A stretch of DNA of 63,689 nucleotides, filler included, from Octopus bimaculoides (taxonomy: Eukaryota): the NCBI RefSeq assembly GCF_001194135.2. It is 5 parts of 5 records of this genome, joined end to end, with 100 filler letters (N's around TTAATTAATTAA, not from the genome) between each part and the next. Parts side by side here need not be neighbours in the genome. Positions count along the whole stretch, not along the records: positions 1 to 25,280 come from NC_068981.1; 4 more parts are not named here. One strand, written 5' to 3'. The translations under genes were made by a program, and so were the position numbers. This document shows, one piece after another, positions 1 through 13,375 of the stretch. Position 1 is the stretch's first letter; each line of letters opens with the position of its first letter. Below the pieces are notes generated by a model, which was not told the DNA's origin, searched no databases, and was given only the letters and a program-made list of their open reading frames with translations.

Positions 1-99
1 AAAAAAAAAAAAAAAAGAGACAAAGTGACTTGTAGTTTCCGCTGTATGTTTTCCATTTGAGCAATTATCTGAGCAGGATCAGTTGCCAGGGTAGGAGGG

Positions 100-1530
100 A
101 GGCAGGGTGTTGGGGGCAGGGTGTTGGCGGCGGGTGGTGGTTTATAAGAATGGTTGTGGTGGCTTGTGTATGGTTGAGGAGGGGTGGGTGTACATTGGTA
201 GTAAGTGTACAATGGCAGTGATGATGTTGGTGGTGGCAGCAGTGGTGATGTTGGTGGTAGTGATGGTGGTGGTGTTGGTGGTGGTGATGGTGGTGGTGAT
301 GGTGGTGGTGATGGTGGTGGTAATGGTAATGGTGATGGTGATGGTACTGGTGACAGTAAGATGGTGGTGATGGTGGTGATGGTGGTGGTGATGTTGGTCT
401 TGTTATTTTAGGTGATGATGGTAAGGGTGGTGGTNNNNNNNNNNNNNNNNNNNNNNNNNNNNNNNNNNNNNNNNNNNNNNNNNNNNNNNNNNNNNNNNNN
501 NNNNNNGTGGTGGTGGTGGTGGTGGTGGTGGTGGTGGTGGTGTTGGTAGTAGTAGTGGTGGACACTGACAGTGATGGTGGCGACAGCGGATTGAATTGTG
601 TGGATATAATGTAACAAACAACATAATTAACATAGAGCCAAAATGGAAAGAAAACAAAGCCTTGATGGTGTTGACACTCACCAGCATCACTAGCATCGCT
701 GCCAGTGGCAACAGGGATGACGACAACGCATCATTACCACTAACTACCAACATCATTAACGTATCATTATCAATATTACCATCGTCATCACAAATTACCT
801 TATTGCCACCATCCGCAGCGTTACCCCCTGCGCCTGTCGTCATCATCATCAGTCAGGAGCATTACTGTTGTCATTGTCATCCAACTAACCGATGATCCTC
901 GTCATCGTCATTTGTCGTCGTCACTGATGTTTTCGTCAGCATCACCGATGTCAGCATTGTTGCCATCCATCGCCGGTGTTGCTATCACTGCTGCCAAACC
1001 AGTCAACCAGCATCATCATCTTCATCATCAACATTAGCAGCGCAATCATCATCATCACAAATGTTACTAGCTCTGTCAACATCATCATCATCATCACCAT
1101 CATAGTCATCATCATCATCATTTTCAACACCATCATCAGCATTATCGTAAATTATTGCCAGCCAACATCGTCACCAATATTAGCATCCCTATCATCCTCA
1201 TGAGCATTATCATCATCACCATCATCATCATCATTGTCATTATGAAACATCGTTGTCATCATCAGCGTCATTGTCATCATCTTCTTCATAATTATCACTT
1301 TCACTAATCAATATCATTATCAACATTACTGTCACCACTACCACCATCACCACCACCACCACCACCACCACCACCATCATCACCACCACCATCATAGACA
1401 TTACTATCACCAAATAGCATTATCTTCACAGACATCACCGTCACCTTAACCAACCAACATCATCACTATCATCATGGCTTGCATGGTTATGACAATGACA
1501 ATCTCCACCACAATATTCATCAATACAGCC
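100..1530. repeat. Cryptic (GGT/GAT)n then (CAT/CAC)n low-complexity region
   Basis: Direct inspection. It generates the spurious poly-V/M/H/T/I ORFs. Confidence 0.9.
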
Positions 1531-2443
1531 ACCATCACATCCAACAAGTAGAGAAACAATGACAACAACAAAAAAAAAAAGAAATGAATAAAATAAAGAT
1601 TTAAAAAAAAAAACTTCCTTTAAATCACATTTATTTCTTTACACCATTTTCATTTTCCAACAAAATTCAAAAGGATTAAAGATCAGAAAGTGGCTTTCTT
1701 CTGATTGTTAAATGAGGGGGAAATAATTGGAACTGTGGAAATGGAAGAAAAAGTAAAAGAAAGGGAAAAAAAAGAAAAAGAAATAATACTAAACTGTTTC
1801 TGTATAGAAAATTTTTCTGTGAAACAGCACAAATTGTTGAGTGTAAGCAACAATGATGAAGTGCCTCCTTTTGTGATGTTTTCTAAATAAATCAGTAATT
1901 AATTAGTAAATTAGAATAAATTGATCCTTTGAAATCACTAATTAGTTTGTGTGTTTGTGTGTGTGCATGCATGTGTGTCTGTATGTGTGTGTTTGTGTGT
2001 GTGCATGCTGATACATGTGTGTATATATGTCTGTGTGTGTGGGCATGCATGCAGATGTACATGTGTGTGTGTGTTTGTGTGTGTTTGTGTGTGCACATGA
2101 ATGCATCTGAGTCCTTATTGTTTAAGTATTTGAAGCTCCAGCAAATAAAGATAAATACAGGTTCAGTTTTATTGTCAATGGCTTGTTGGTGGGGAAGAAC
2201 TGAGGAGTTTTGTCATTGTGTAGTGTCTCTATAGAGAACCAGCTCCTAAGGGAACTTATCCTCTTTCCTCTCTATGATTATAATCAATTCAGCATTACAA
2301 GCCGATAAAATACATGTCATCTCCTATGCTGCATCTATGAGATCATGCTAAAGTTGGATTTCTGACTTACCATCCTTTCAGCTTTGATAGGTCATATGAA
2401 TAGCTACAAAATAAGCTGTGTTTGATTTGGTCAACTGTATCGT

Positions 2444-2670
2444 TGTGGAGGAGCATGGATTAGTGAGTGGTTAAGGTGTTGGACTCATGATCATAAGATT
2501 GTGATTTCGATTCTCGAACTGGGCAATGCGTTATTCCTTGAGCAAGACAATTCATTTCATGATGCTCCAGTCCACTCAGCTGGTAAAAATGAGTAATTCT
2601 ACAATGGACCAGCATCATGTCCAGGCAGGAATATATACATCAAAGAAGCTGGGAAACCAGCCCTGCGCTC
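2444..2670 (+). mobile_element. tRNA-derived SINE (head with A/B boxes plus ccttgagcaagac core), degenerate
   Basis: tggattagtgagtggttaagg A-box-like, tttcgattc B-box-like, then ccttgagcaagaca and ctccagtccactcagctg. Reverse-complement relatives lie at 13705-13990. Confidence 0.65.
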
Positions 2671-3780
2671 CTTACAGAGTAATGTGGACTAAACCAATTC
2701 CATCCACTCCTTTCTACAAAATTGGTCATATAAAAAAAATCGGTACCTCTTTACCCCACTGACTGCTTATAGCACATGGTATCTATTTACAACCACTTTG
2801 ATTGGGCCATTGAGTTTTAAGTATCATATAAGTTAATACTGGAAATAGAATATGAACTGTCAAAGCCTCTTATACCTACTAAATTGACAGGATACTTCCT
2901 TTCTGAAATAGCCAAGCCATTAGAACACTTGCTCTAAAAAACCTAACAGTATTTAGTTTCATCTCTCTCCAGTCTAAGTTCAAATTCCATTGAGGTCAAA
3001 CTTACTTTTTCATCCTTCTATGAATGATAACATAAGTGCCCATAAAATGTTGGATTTGGGGAGATTGTTTCAACTACCCTTACTTGCACCTCTATAACGA
3101 TTTGGCTATCTGTCTAGTGGAAAGGTATCAGAATTAATATAGAAATAAGGCAATGGTATGGTAGAAAATGGCAGTACTGAATTAAATCAGTGAAGTGAGA
3201 GGGTGAGCAATATGGCCCAGAATTACATTGTATATTTGAAAACAAGTCATATGCATATTAATCACAAGTTTTTTGTAATCATGTTCTTCAGTTTATTTTT
3301 TTTTTAGTTTTTACTTAATTTCATATTTTTATACCTTTCAACTATAACTGGCAAAGTGGTTGATTAGCAGACATTAGAGAAATAAACAGAATGCATTGCA
3401 GTGTTTGTTCCAGTTCCTTGTGCTATGCGTTCAAATCTTGCTGAGGTCAATTTTGTCTTTCATCATTTTGAGGTTAGTAAATAAAATACTGGCCCAGTGC
3501 TGGTCCTGCCACTTTCAATCTGGATATCACATCTTTGATGTTCCACTGGGTTAAGAGTGGGAAAGCTTGAAAGTGTGCTTACATCTGCTGCTTGTGACCA
3601 TATAGGTACCTAAAACAATTATTGGATACATAGTACATACTGTTAAGTCATACAACCCCTATTGGAACCCTTGGTGCTGTACACTTCATGTGTGTTGTCA
3701 GCTGACACCAACTGAACTCAAACTCACAACAGGGATTGTTACTTACTGATGTAGCTAAAGCTTTTTGTGCTATCTAAATT

Positions 3781-3783
3781 ATT

Positions 3784-3816
<33 letters not shown>

Positions 3817-4010
3817 TTAATACCTGTTTTCCATAGTAGCATGGGTTGAATGGTTTGACAGGTGTTGGTAAATCAGAGGGCTGCACCAAACTCCTTTGTC
3901 TGCTTTGGCATGGTCTCTACATCTGGATGCCCTTTCTAATGCCAACCACTTTACTGAGTGTACTGGGTGCATTTTATGTTACGCCAACACAAGTGACTTG
4001 CAAGACAAAG
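3781..4010 (-). mobile_element. 3' tail of RTE-type LINE family with (GAT)n tail, 5'-truncated
   Basis: (CAT)n followed by tttaatacctgttttccatagtagcatgggttgaatggtttgac..ctggatgccctttctaatgccaaccact. Same tail as the ORF2-bearing copy at 27232-28305. Confidence 0.7.
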
Positions 4011-6189
4011 ACCCTTTGGCTGGGAGAGGGAATGGCACTGAGGAAGTTAACCAACTAAATTATAAACAACAGTTTATTCAGTTGACTTTGATTTATAAAT
4101 CTGTGACCTTATCTTAAGGTGAGAAATTATTTATGTTGAAATATTATTGTAGCATGATTTTTTTTCTTCAGAAACAGGTTTCTAATCTGTAACCCAACTG
4201 CCTACATTTACATTTGGTGAGCAGATGATGCAATTTGTTCTACCTGCAGTTAACCTTCACAGAATGAAAATAGGATTTGTCACTGGAGTCTTAGGAATAT
4301 ATCTGCTGAATCTATCATAAGAACTCTTTTGATCTGTTAAATCAATGTTAGAAGCTTTCTGCACATGGGTGTAATAGATGTTTAGATTACTTGCAGATGT
4401 AGTTTCCAAGAGCAGAGGTTGAGCATGTAGAGCAGATGTTGGTAGTTTAGGTAATGCATGGGCCACAGTGTGCTTGTACATTCACACATTCTACTACCTT
4501 AAAAAAACAGAGGGACACGTTAGATAAAGTAGTCCAACATATGTTATGTCTGAATAAAAGACAAGATAGTTGGATTATCTTATTGTCTTGATCATAGGTC
4601 TGTTTGATCACACCTGACCTTGGGCTAAACAACAACAGGAACAATGACAGCTGATGATGTATCTGCCGGATGCAAAAGTTGATACTTCTTTTCAGAGCCC
4701 CTTTCACCCCTAAACATGGGTGGTTTAGTATCATTTTCCACTGATGTTTTCTAGACAGCTTAAATGCTATTGCTAAAACTAAAACCACAAGGAAACTGCA
4801 CTCCTTTGCACGTGCATATGTCAGCGAACGTAAGAGGGAAGATGCAAACATAACTCCTACTCCCCACTCTACTGCTTATTATTATATCTATATATTTATT
4901 TCTTATTTTAGAATCATGACAGTCTGTCAAGTAATGCCATTATAATAACTGTAATTTGATAATCTTATGTATGAAACTGGAGAAAGGAATAACATTTTGA
5001 AGGTATTAGAATCTCTTTAAAATAATTTTTTTTCCCTGATAATTTAGACCTGTAATGATGTATCATACTGTTTCATAGGGAGGTCACTGGAACTCAAACG
5101 AGACAATCTCCTGATCTTTCCTCTCTTAAAATGAGGTCCTCAATCTTTCTTTCTTGATAATTCCTGTAAAAATAATTGTCTACTTATTTTTGATGAAGTC
5201 AGCGCACTTAATACTATACATTTCCGATGGGTTGCATTAGAATAATGATAATAAAACAAACAAACAACAACAAAATATTTGTAACAGCTATATTATACAA
5301 ACAGTTAAATAGCACAATTATAGGTTTGCTAAGCGGTTTATTACAACAGCTTAATTTAGTGTATGGTGTGCATCCATGTATGTGCGCACACATATATGTA
5401 TATGTTTATGCATACATATTTGTGCATATACATATATATGTATTTTTAAATCTACTAGCTGCCTTTTATTTCATTTGGATCTTTTTCTTTGTAAGGTTAG
5501 TCAGGGAAGAAGGGGCAATGCTTTTGACCTTTGTAAAATGGTGAGACTAATGTAGCTGATATCCAGCTGAAACACCTGCTTTGTAATGTCTGCAGGGTAA
5601 ACATTAGATGGTGTGTAAGCCAGGGATCTGGTTCAAGACCTTGCACCTACTATCTCTACTGAAGGTACCTAAAGGTATCCAGGTGGGGTGATTTGGCCTG
5701 GCCTGAATGTTAGGCTTACTCAACACCTACTCATACAAAAAACAAAACAAAGGGTCCTGCACATGAAATGTTATTGTGGTAACAGTTCTGAGAGGATGTC
5801 AACTGAAACAAAAGAAAGTGAGGCATGGCTGTGTGATTGAGAAGTTTGCTTTCACATCTCCAGTTCTTGCATATTTGGTACTGCATATTGCATCATATGT
5901 ACTCAATCCAAGAAGAGCTTGGAAACAGAATGTGCTGTACAGCTTTCAGGAAGCAGTGTAGCAGTGATACTTGAGAACACATCTGCAATAGCTATTTTTA
6001 TGTGTTGATGGATTTTGGCAGGCAATTGACTGATTAGAAATGCCTTCCCATTTATACCATGAACATCAAGGAAGCAAATTCCAGCCAAACCTTGTAAAAA
6101 ATGGTAGAATAGATTGCCTTATTGTCTACAATGAATATGGGTTCAATGTCATTGATATATGCTATTAATCTATCAATATTATATAATAC

Positions 6190-6390
6190 TTCAAGGTGGC
6201 AAAATGCATAGCTGCATTTTGTCCATCTTTACATTCTGAGTTCAAATTCCACTGAGGTTGACTTTGCCTTTCATCTTTTTAGGATTGATAAAATAAGTAC
6301 CAGTTGAGCACTGGGGTTGATTTATTCAACTTGGCCCCTACTCCCAAAACTGCTGGCCTTGTGCCAAAATTTGAAACCAATATCATTTGA
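6190..6390 (+). mobile_element. tRNA-derived SINE family B (ctgagttcaaattcc..gaggttgactttgcctttcatcc)
   Basis: Same sequence as the clustered copies at 18463-21920. Other partial copies lie near 2960-3110, 3350-3500, 8865-9090 and 14030-14160. Confidence 0.7.
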
Positions 6391-8000
6391 TGCTTCTTTC
6401 AAAATATCTGTTGTTAGGTTTTTAAATTCAAAGTAGTTAGGTTGAGCAGGGCCATACTTTTGAAGTTCTTGGCCATTTACACTCTTGAGCTTTTTAATGA
6501 ATACTGAATTGTTAATTTTTTATTCATATCCATATTGGGGTGCATCTATTAAGCTTAATGCTTGAAATCTTCAGCAAGATATTCACAGTTCTTAAGCCAA
6601 AGCTGAACCAGATCAGATAGTTCACAGCATTTTAACAGCAAAGTGAAAAGAAGCTTAAGACAGGCTATTTGTGATACAGAACCATCTGGAAGTGTTGCAC
6701 ACCACATTCTCCAGCATAATTCTCCTACAAACCAAGTGTAAGGCATGGTTCAAATTTTGCCATTCATTATTTGAGGATATTGAAATATACTTGAGCCTCT
6801 CACTTTATAGAGAAATCATAGGAAGAAGTATTCATGTTGATTGGTGTGTAAGTATACTCTCTTTCAAAGTATACTGTCAAAACGTATGTCAGGTTAGCTT
6901 TCAACACAAGCACTTTGCATTCTTCATCTCCATGATTTGGTGTTCCATATATAGTGAGACAGAGCCTGATGGTAAGACAAGGTTTTTGCAAAAGATTCCT
7001 ATTGGTAGTTTCAAAAAGGGTGTAAGCATGATATCTTTTAGATTTTATGCTTACTGTACAGTATTTAAACTGGCCATATCCAACCCAAATATTTTACCTG
7101 TTTTGTGTTCAAACCAGCCAGATCCAGTCTCTCACACCTATCATACAATGTTATTCTAAAAATAAACAATCACATCATTGAAATCTCAAAGCTACAAGAT
7201 AATGTATGATTAATTCAAAACAATGGGAATAAATAAGCATTACATTTGACAGAATAAATCTGAATGTTGAAGGATTAAGTGAAGGAGGTTCATTGTCCAT
7301 TTTTGAAATGGATAGCAAGTAGTTGAATGATGTAGGTATCATTCAATAACTTGCACCAGAAAGCCTTATTGTTTCTAATGTATTGTCCTTGTTTGACTGT
7401 GTTGGTATTGAGTAATTTTATTGCAACAGTCTTACTGCACCAGAGCAAACATTGCTGTATTAGATAGATCCCGATATATGCAAATATACTTTATGGAGTT
7501 TATTGAATAGCCAGACTCAAAATTGTTGTGTGGTCAAGAATGGCTCGTAGAAAACTATTCATCTGTTGTCAATTTCATGTTGTCCAACCTATGCTTGGCA
7601 GTTTCCATCTTCTGGTGTTCTTCTGTAAGAAGGATAGTAATTTTCACCTATTTTCACCAATTTTCACCTTGACAAATGGTCTTGGAAACTGCTTGGTGCA
7701 TTTGTTATTTTCCATGGAATGTAATTTCTTGTTGAGAGCTCCACAATGTCTATGAACCACTTGGGATTTAATAATGCTGAAAAGCTGTTTCTCCCTGAGT
7801 AGCTCTGGAAGCTCTACAGGATATGATGGAGTCAATTTAAGTGAATCATATTTATAAATCAGATTAGAATGTGTGCACGTAGCAAGTTAGGTTTTTCTCT
7901 GGCATCATTGATGGAAACATCATTTGTAAGCCATTTTCTTGTGAAAAAAACTACCTTTTGTTGTGGCCACAATCTGCACTTGCATCTGCAAAATTTGTTA
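6390..8000 (-). mobile_element. Decayed Helitron RepHel fragment (Rep/HUH domain and linker), interrupted by a MITE
   Basis: Minus-strand frames with stops and frameshifts give LRAHILI (HUH motif 2, HAHILIW), VHRHCGALNKK..MENNKCTKQFPRPFVK, YRRTPEDG, HEIDNR, SIKYIC, GQYIRNNKAFW..IHFKNGQ, RVY.HTNQHE.FFL, VRG and LWLKN.EYLAEDF. These are collinear with Helitron Rep. Confidence 0.85.
7051..7278. mobile_element. Short non-autonomous DNA element (TTAA/piggyBac-type MITE-like) inside the Helitron fragment
   Basis: Non-coding ~230-bp block that interrupts collinear Helitron coding sequence. It ends in aaggattaa (degenerate agggttaa). Confidence 0.5.
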
Positions 8001-8576
8001 CTCTACATTAATCAAATCTGCTAAAGCTGGTACTTGAAGAAAGAAAAAAAGAAGCAAAAGAAAAGTGCCTCAGAGAGAGAGAGAAAGAGAGAAAGATAGA
8101 GAGAGATAGAGAGAGAATAAAGTAATGAGAAAGAGATAAGAGAAATAGTAATAGAGAGAACCAGAGCGAAAGGAAAGAGAATGACTGGAAATATAGAATC
8201 TTCAACGAGGAACAGGAAGATGGAGTAAGCATAATAAAATGTAGGGATTCAGCACTGTAGATACAGTGTAGAGCAGGTAACAGCTACATGCAAAAAGAAG
8301 AGAATAACAAGATAGGCATACATACTAATTTTCTCTACTATATGATGTGTGTGTGTGTGCGTGTGTGAATATTTGAATTCTGTGATTTCACTGTGAAAGT
8401 GTTGAGCTGAAAACAGCAACGTTTGTTGACATTTACTGTCATCTAGTTCTGTGTTGGATACAAGTGTAATAAAAAAAATGCCTTACTTATATAACTGTTA
8501 AGGGTTAATGACAGGGAGAGTATTTACCTGTGTATGTACGTATATGTGTGTGTTTGTGTGTATGAATGTATCATAA

Positions 8577-8663
8577 TCTTCTTCTTCTTCTTCTTCTTCT
8601 TCTTCTTCTTCTTCTTCTTCTTCTTCTTCTTCTTCTTCTTCTTCTTCTTCTTCTTCTTCTTCA
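8577..8663. repeat. (TTC)n microsatellite
   Basis: Perfect trinucleotide run. Confidence 0.95.
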
Positions 8664-10409
8664 GTTGTCAACTAGTGATACACACACACACACACATCTA
8701 TCTGTCCATCCATCCATCCATCCATCTATCTGCCCATCTGTCTGTGTACACTTGATGACCCTCGCCCAAAGTGCCATACAGTGGGACTGAACCCAAAACT
8801 ACATGGTTACAAAACAAACTTCTTAACCAAACAACCATGAGTTTAATAACTGTTCCTTAACATCAGCGCAAGGCCAGAGGGGAAGTAAATCAATTTTATT
8901 TACCCTCAGTAACTTGACTGTTACTTTATTTCATACCCCCGTCCCTCAAAAACCCCACAAAATCAAACTAAGTAAAATTATCCATGCCCTCCAAAAGGAA
9001 GAAAGGCATAGCTGACCTCAGCAGGATTTGAACTCAGAATGTAATGAGCTGGCATTTTGTCCACTGCTTTAATAGTTCTGACAATCCAGCTTTCTTATTA
9101 ATGTAATCCGGATAATTAGATCATTCCACCCCCCCAGTCTCATTTATGTAATTGGTTCTGATGATGATTATTTAATAGCTCTTCTTATACACATGCTTGA
9201 CAACTAAGGTAACCGGGGAGGTAGGGATGTAGGTAGATAGGTAGGTAGGTAGGTAGGTAGGTAGNNNNNNNNNNNNNNNNNNNNNNNNNNNNNNNNNNNN
9301 NNNNNNNNNNNNNNNNNNNNNNNNNNNNNNNNNNNNNNNNNNNNNNNNNNNNNNNNNNNNNNNNNNNNNNNNNNNNNNNNNNNNNNNNNNNNNNNNNNNN
9401 NNNNNNNNNNNNNNNNNNNNNNNNNNNNNNNNNNNNNNNNNNNNNNNNNNNNNNNNNNNNNNNNNNNNNNNNNNNNNNNNNNNNNNNNNNNNNNNNNNNN
9501 NNNNNNNNNNNNNNNNNNNNNNNNNNNNNNNNNNNNNNNNNNNNNNNNNNNNNNNNNNNNNNNNNNNNNNNNNNNNNNNNNNNNNNNNNNNNNNNNNNNN
9601 NNNNNNNNNNNNNNNNNNNNNNNNNNNNNNNNNNNNNNNNNNNNNNNNNNNNNNNNNNNNNNNNNNNNNNNNNNNNNNNNNNNNNNNNNNNNNNNNNNNN
9701 NNNNNNNNNNNNNNNNNNNNNNNNNNNNNNNNNNNNNNNNNNNNNNNNNNNNNNNNNNNNNNNNNNNNNNNNNNNNNNNNNNNNNNNNNNNNNNNNNNNN
9801 NNNNNNNNNNNNNNNNNNNNNNNNNNNNNNNNNNNNNNNNNNNNNNNNNNNNNNNNNNNNNNNNNNNNNNNNNNNNNNNNNNNNNNNNNNNNNNNNNNNN
9901 NNNNNNNNNNNNNNNNNNNNNNNNNNNNNNNNNNNNNNNNNNNNNNNNNNNNNNNNNNNNNNNNNNNNNATATATATATATATATATATATATACATGTG
10001 CACTCATATATGCATGCTGTGGTGGGTCTTGCAAATAGTGTACAGCTGTGAATCTTTCATCAGTTACATACAGACATAATGCTATTACTAATTTCCTACA
10101 GTAGCAGGGAAAGCATATATACAAGATACAAGGATTATTATATATATACACTGTTCTACTCTATGTGCGTGTGTTTATTTTGCATTTTCTACACTGTTTA
10201 TAAACATGGTTTCACTGCTGAGCCAACAAAGGAGTCTCTACATGACTGCTTGACTTGCTAGAAATAGCAGTCAAATTCACCCCGAATGATAAAACTGCTG
10301 TCTTTAAAAAGAAAACATGTTGAGTAATGATGTAGTCATAACCAGAATGCTTTTGATTATAAGTGTGCCTGATCAGGCCTGGGGTTAAACAACGATATAG
10401 GCAACAATA

Positions 10410-10600
10410 ACAATTATTTTGATACTAACCCACCTGGGACAATCCCTTGTTCTATGATACAAGCTTCTTGTTTTAAAGTGGTCTAAATGAAGACCTATCA
10501 GAATTCCATTTTAATTTACGTTCCAAACACCAGCTTAATGGCAAAAGTTATTTTACTAAATTCTCCATTATTTTCAAAATTGACTGAAGCAAACAATTAT
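10410..10600. mobile_element. MITE-like repeat; a reverse-complement copy lies at ~15400-15600
   Basis: ttttgatactaacccacc..ttctatgatacaagc..ccaaacaccagcttaat..ttattttactaaattc is the reverse complement of gaatttagtaaaataac..tttgtattatagaacc..gatatcaaaa at 15435-15595. Confidence 0.6.
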
Positions 10601-10669
10601 TATTTATTATGGCTGGGTTCGAACCCGGGCTGCAGCCTATTTTACTTGGATGGATCCGCCTAGCTATTC

Positions 10670-10671
<2 letters not shown>

Positions 10672-10726
<55 letters not shown>

Positions 10727-11015
10727 CATCATCATCACTATCATCATCATCATCATCATCATCTAACATCCGTTGTCCTTGCTGGTATGGTTTGGATGGT
10801 TTGACCAGAGTTGGCAAGCTGGGGAGCTGTGCCAGACTCCAGTCTGATTTGGCATGGTTTCTATGGCTGGATGCCCTTCCTGATGCCAGCCACTTTACAG
10901 AGTGTGCTGGGTGCTTTTACACGGCACCACATGGATGGTTTTATGCAGCATCACATGGGCACTTTTATGTGGCACTGCATGAGTGCTTTTACATGACACT
11001 GCATGGGGCATTTTT
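10672..11015 (-). mobile_element. RTE-type LINE 3' tail with long (GAT)n
   Basis: (CAT)n at 10672-10760, then ctaacatccgttgtccttgctggtatggtttggatggtttgac..ctggatgcccttcctgatgcc..gtgcttttac and repeat units. Confidence 0.7.
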
Positions 11016-11026
11016 ATAATTAAATA

Positions 11027-11440
11027 TTACTCTTTTACTTTTTTCAGTCATTTGACTGCGGCCCTGCTGGAGCACCGCTTTTAGTCGAGCAAATCGACCC
11101 CAGGACTTATTCTTTGTAAGCGTAGTACTTTATCGGTCTCTTTTGCCAAACCGCTAAGTTACGGGGATGTAAACACACCAGCATCGGTTGTCAAGCGATG
11201 TTGCGGGGACAAACACAGACACACAAACACACACACATATACATATATACGACAGGCTTCTTTCAGTTTCCATCTACCAAATCCACTAACAAGGCTTTTG
11301 GTCGGCCCAAGGCTATAATAGAAGACACTTGCCCAAGGTGCCACACAATGGGACTGAACCCAGGACCATGTGGTTGGTAAGCAAGCTACTTACCACACAG
11401 CCACTCCTGTGCCTATCCACACAGCCATTCCTGCGCCTAT
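11027..11440 (-). mobile_element. tRNA-derived SINE family A (~400 bp, internal CA/TA microsatellite), near full length
   Basis: ttactcttttac..cagtcatttgactgcggcc..ctaagttacgggga..(CA/TA)n..ttctttcagtttcc..gcccaaggtgcc..gggactgaaccc..accacacagccactcctg. The extreme head end is duplicated at ~11417-11440. Confidence 0.85.
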
Positions 11441-11949
11441 TGTTAGGAATTGTATAAAAAAAAATTCTTAGAATATTTTATGTATTGCAGAGTAAACCAG
11501 TGTATTGCGCATAAATTTTAACAACAGAATCTTATATGGATTCTCAAGGGCCAGATGGACCTTGGTTGAGAACCCCTAATATAGAGTTTTTATTCCAGAG
11601 AAAGAAATGATGTTTAAATTTGCATTACACTAATGTCCATCACAAACCACAAATTTTATCTCACTACCCACAGGTCAATGCTATTATGAAAGTGTGCAAC
11701 ATTGAAAGAAGAGTATTGTAGCTTGCTTAAAATATTGTGATAAAGAAGTAAAATAACAAATTAGTGAAGACAGAGAACATCTTACAATGCAAAAAGGAAA
11801 AATTTTCATAATCTTTATATATTTCAGGTACAAAGGCCCATTATCAAGAAATGTGAGTCTTTGCAGTATCAAAGATCAACATAGCCAGTATTGTACAGAC
11901 AAACATTTCTTTACTGTTTAGTTCTGATGAGACTTTGTACTCAAAATAT

Positions 11950-13187
11950 CTTTTATCTTTTACCTACTTCAGTCTTTGGACTGTAGCCATGCTGGGGCAC
12001 TAGCCAATCAAATCGAGAGACCAGTACTTAGTTTTTTTTTTTAACTGGTACTTGTTCTAACAGTATCTTTTGCTGAACTGCTAAGTTATGGGGATGTAAA
12101 CAAATCAACACCATACATGCATGCATACATACATACATACATACATACATACATACATACATACATACAACATTTGGGCTGCTTGACATTTGATGAGATG
12201 AGAGACACATTGATGTGAAAACCCAAAAATACTAACAAGCACACACAATTTTCATATAAACAGTGACATAGACCACCCCTACCTAAAATGAAAACAAGGA
12301 GAGAGAGGCTTAACATTGATCCAAAATGCCTTTGAATACCGTATCCCTTTGGCAACATCTTTTAACCAAGTGCATCCCTTGACCAAGTTTGCATACATGA
12401 AGCTGATAACATCATAAGACTTGGAAGGCAGCTCCTTGAGCAATAATCTTTGTCTGATAACCTAGAATACATGCTCAAAGAAGTCACACGATTCTTCCGC
12501 AACATATCATCAGATGAAAGGATGAGCCTATATGAGTAGAAGACTATGCATGGATATGTTAGTAGAAAGCTCCATTATGATAGTAACATTGATCATCAAA
12601 GCAGTTTATCATGAACCAATAGCCACTTTGAAGGGTATGCATTTGCAATCCAGGATCAGGAAATACCAACCAAGTACCTGATGTAGGAAAATCAGTAAAA
12701 TGTGACGACCGATGCAGACCTTGTGGAGTTAACACTGAAGATATTACCTACATCATAAGCAGTTGTCTGAAAATGTCATCATGGTATTATCTAATGATGA
12801 AACATGATGTTATAGCTAGGACACTCTATAACGAAATCCGTCAGAAGGATAACCCCGAGGACAAAGAAATAAGAACCCACAGTATGGTAGAAGCTATAGT
12901 CACTCATAATAAAAAGGAGTACTGGTGGAATGTCCCAGTGAAGACCCCAATAAAATGTAAGCACAACAGACCTGATATAATGATTTGGGATAGAGAAAAG
13001 AAACTGTGTACAGTAGTGGAAATTAGCTGCCCAGTAGATGTTAGCATAAACCTGAAGATCAGTGAAAAAGAGAACTATTGAGAAATTTGCAGTTACTCTG
13101 TCCAGATCAAAAGTTCAGGTTTATACCTGTACTTATTGGTGCCCTGGGATATGTAACACACTGCCTAAATACATACATTCATGCATG

Positions 13188-13221
<34 letters not shown>

Positions 13222-13375
13222 CAATAAGCTTCTTTCAGTTTCTCTCTACCAAATCTAGCCACAAGGCTTTGGTCAGTCTGGGGTTATAGTGGAAGACATT
13301 TGTCTAAGACGCCATGCAGTGGGACTGAACCCAAGACCACATGGTTGGTAAGCAAGCTTCTTAACCACACAGAGC
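11950..13375 (-). mobile_element. SINE family A copy split by an R4-like insert in its central microsatellite
   Basis: SINE tail half at 11950-12118 and head half at ~13200-13375 flank LINE coding DNA at 12168-13170. Confidence 0.75.
12168..13170 (+). mobile_element. R4/Dong-clade non-LTR retrotransposon fragment (RT C-terminus, CCHC knuckle, restriction-like endonuclease), pseudogenised
   Basis: TFGLLD..KILTSTHNFHINSDID..GERGL, EGYAFAIQDQEIPTKYL, CDDRCRPCG..EDITYIISSC, KHDVIARTLYNEI, WWNVPVKT..KHNRPDIMIWD..VEISCP and ALGYVTHCL are RLE-type ORF motifs. Confidence 0.85.

Noticed and set aside
65-1203. Poly-T/H/V/M ORFs, and similar poly-X ORFs across the window
   Set aside because: They are translations of microsatellites or N gaps, with no domain content.
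4257-4851. Two minus-strand ORFs (74 and 134 aa) that look coding
   Set aside because: No recognisable family. The + strand has faint RTE-like remnants (RAEVEHVEQML), too weak to call.
11828-11852. Possible 25-nt exon (tttcag|GTACAAAGG..AAAT|gtgagt)
   Set aside because: Splice signals are good, but it matches no PGS1 motif and is not frame-preserving. Expected by chance in 64 kb.
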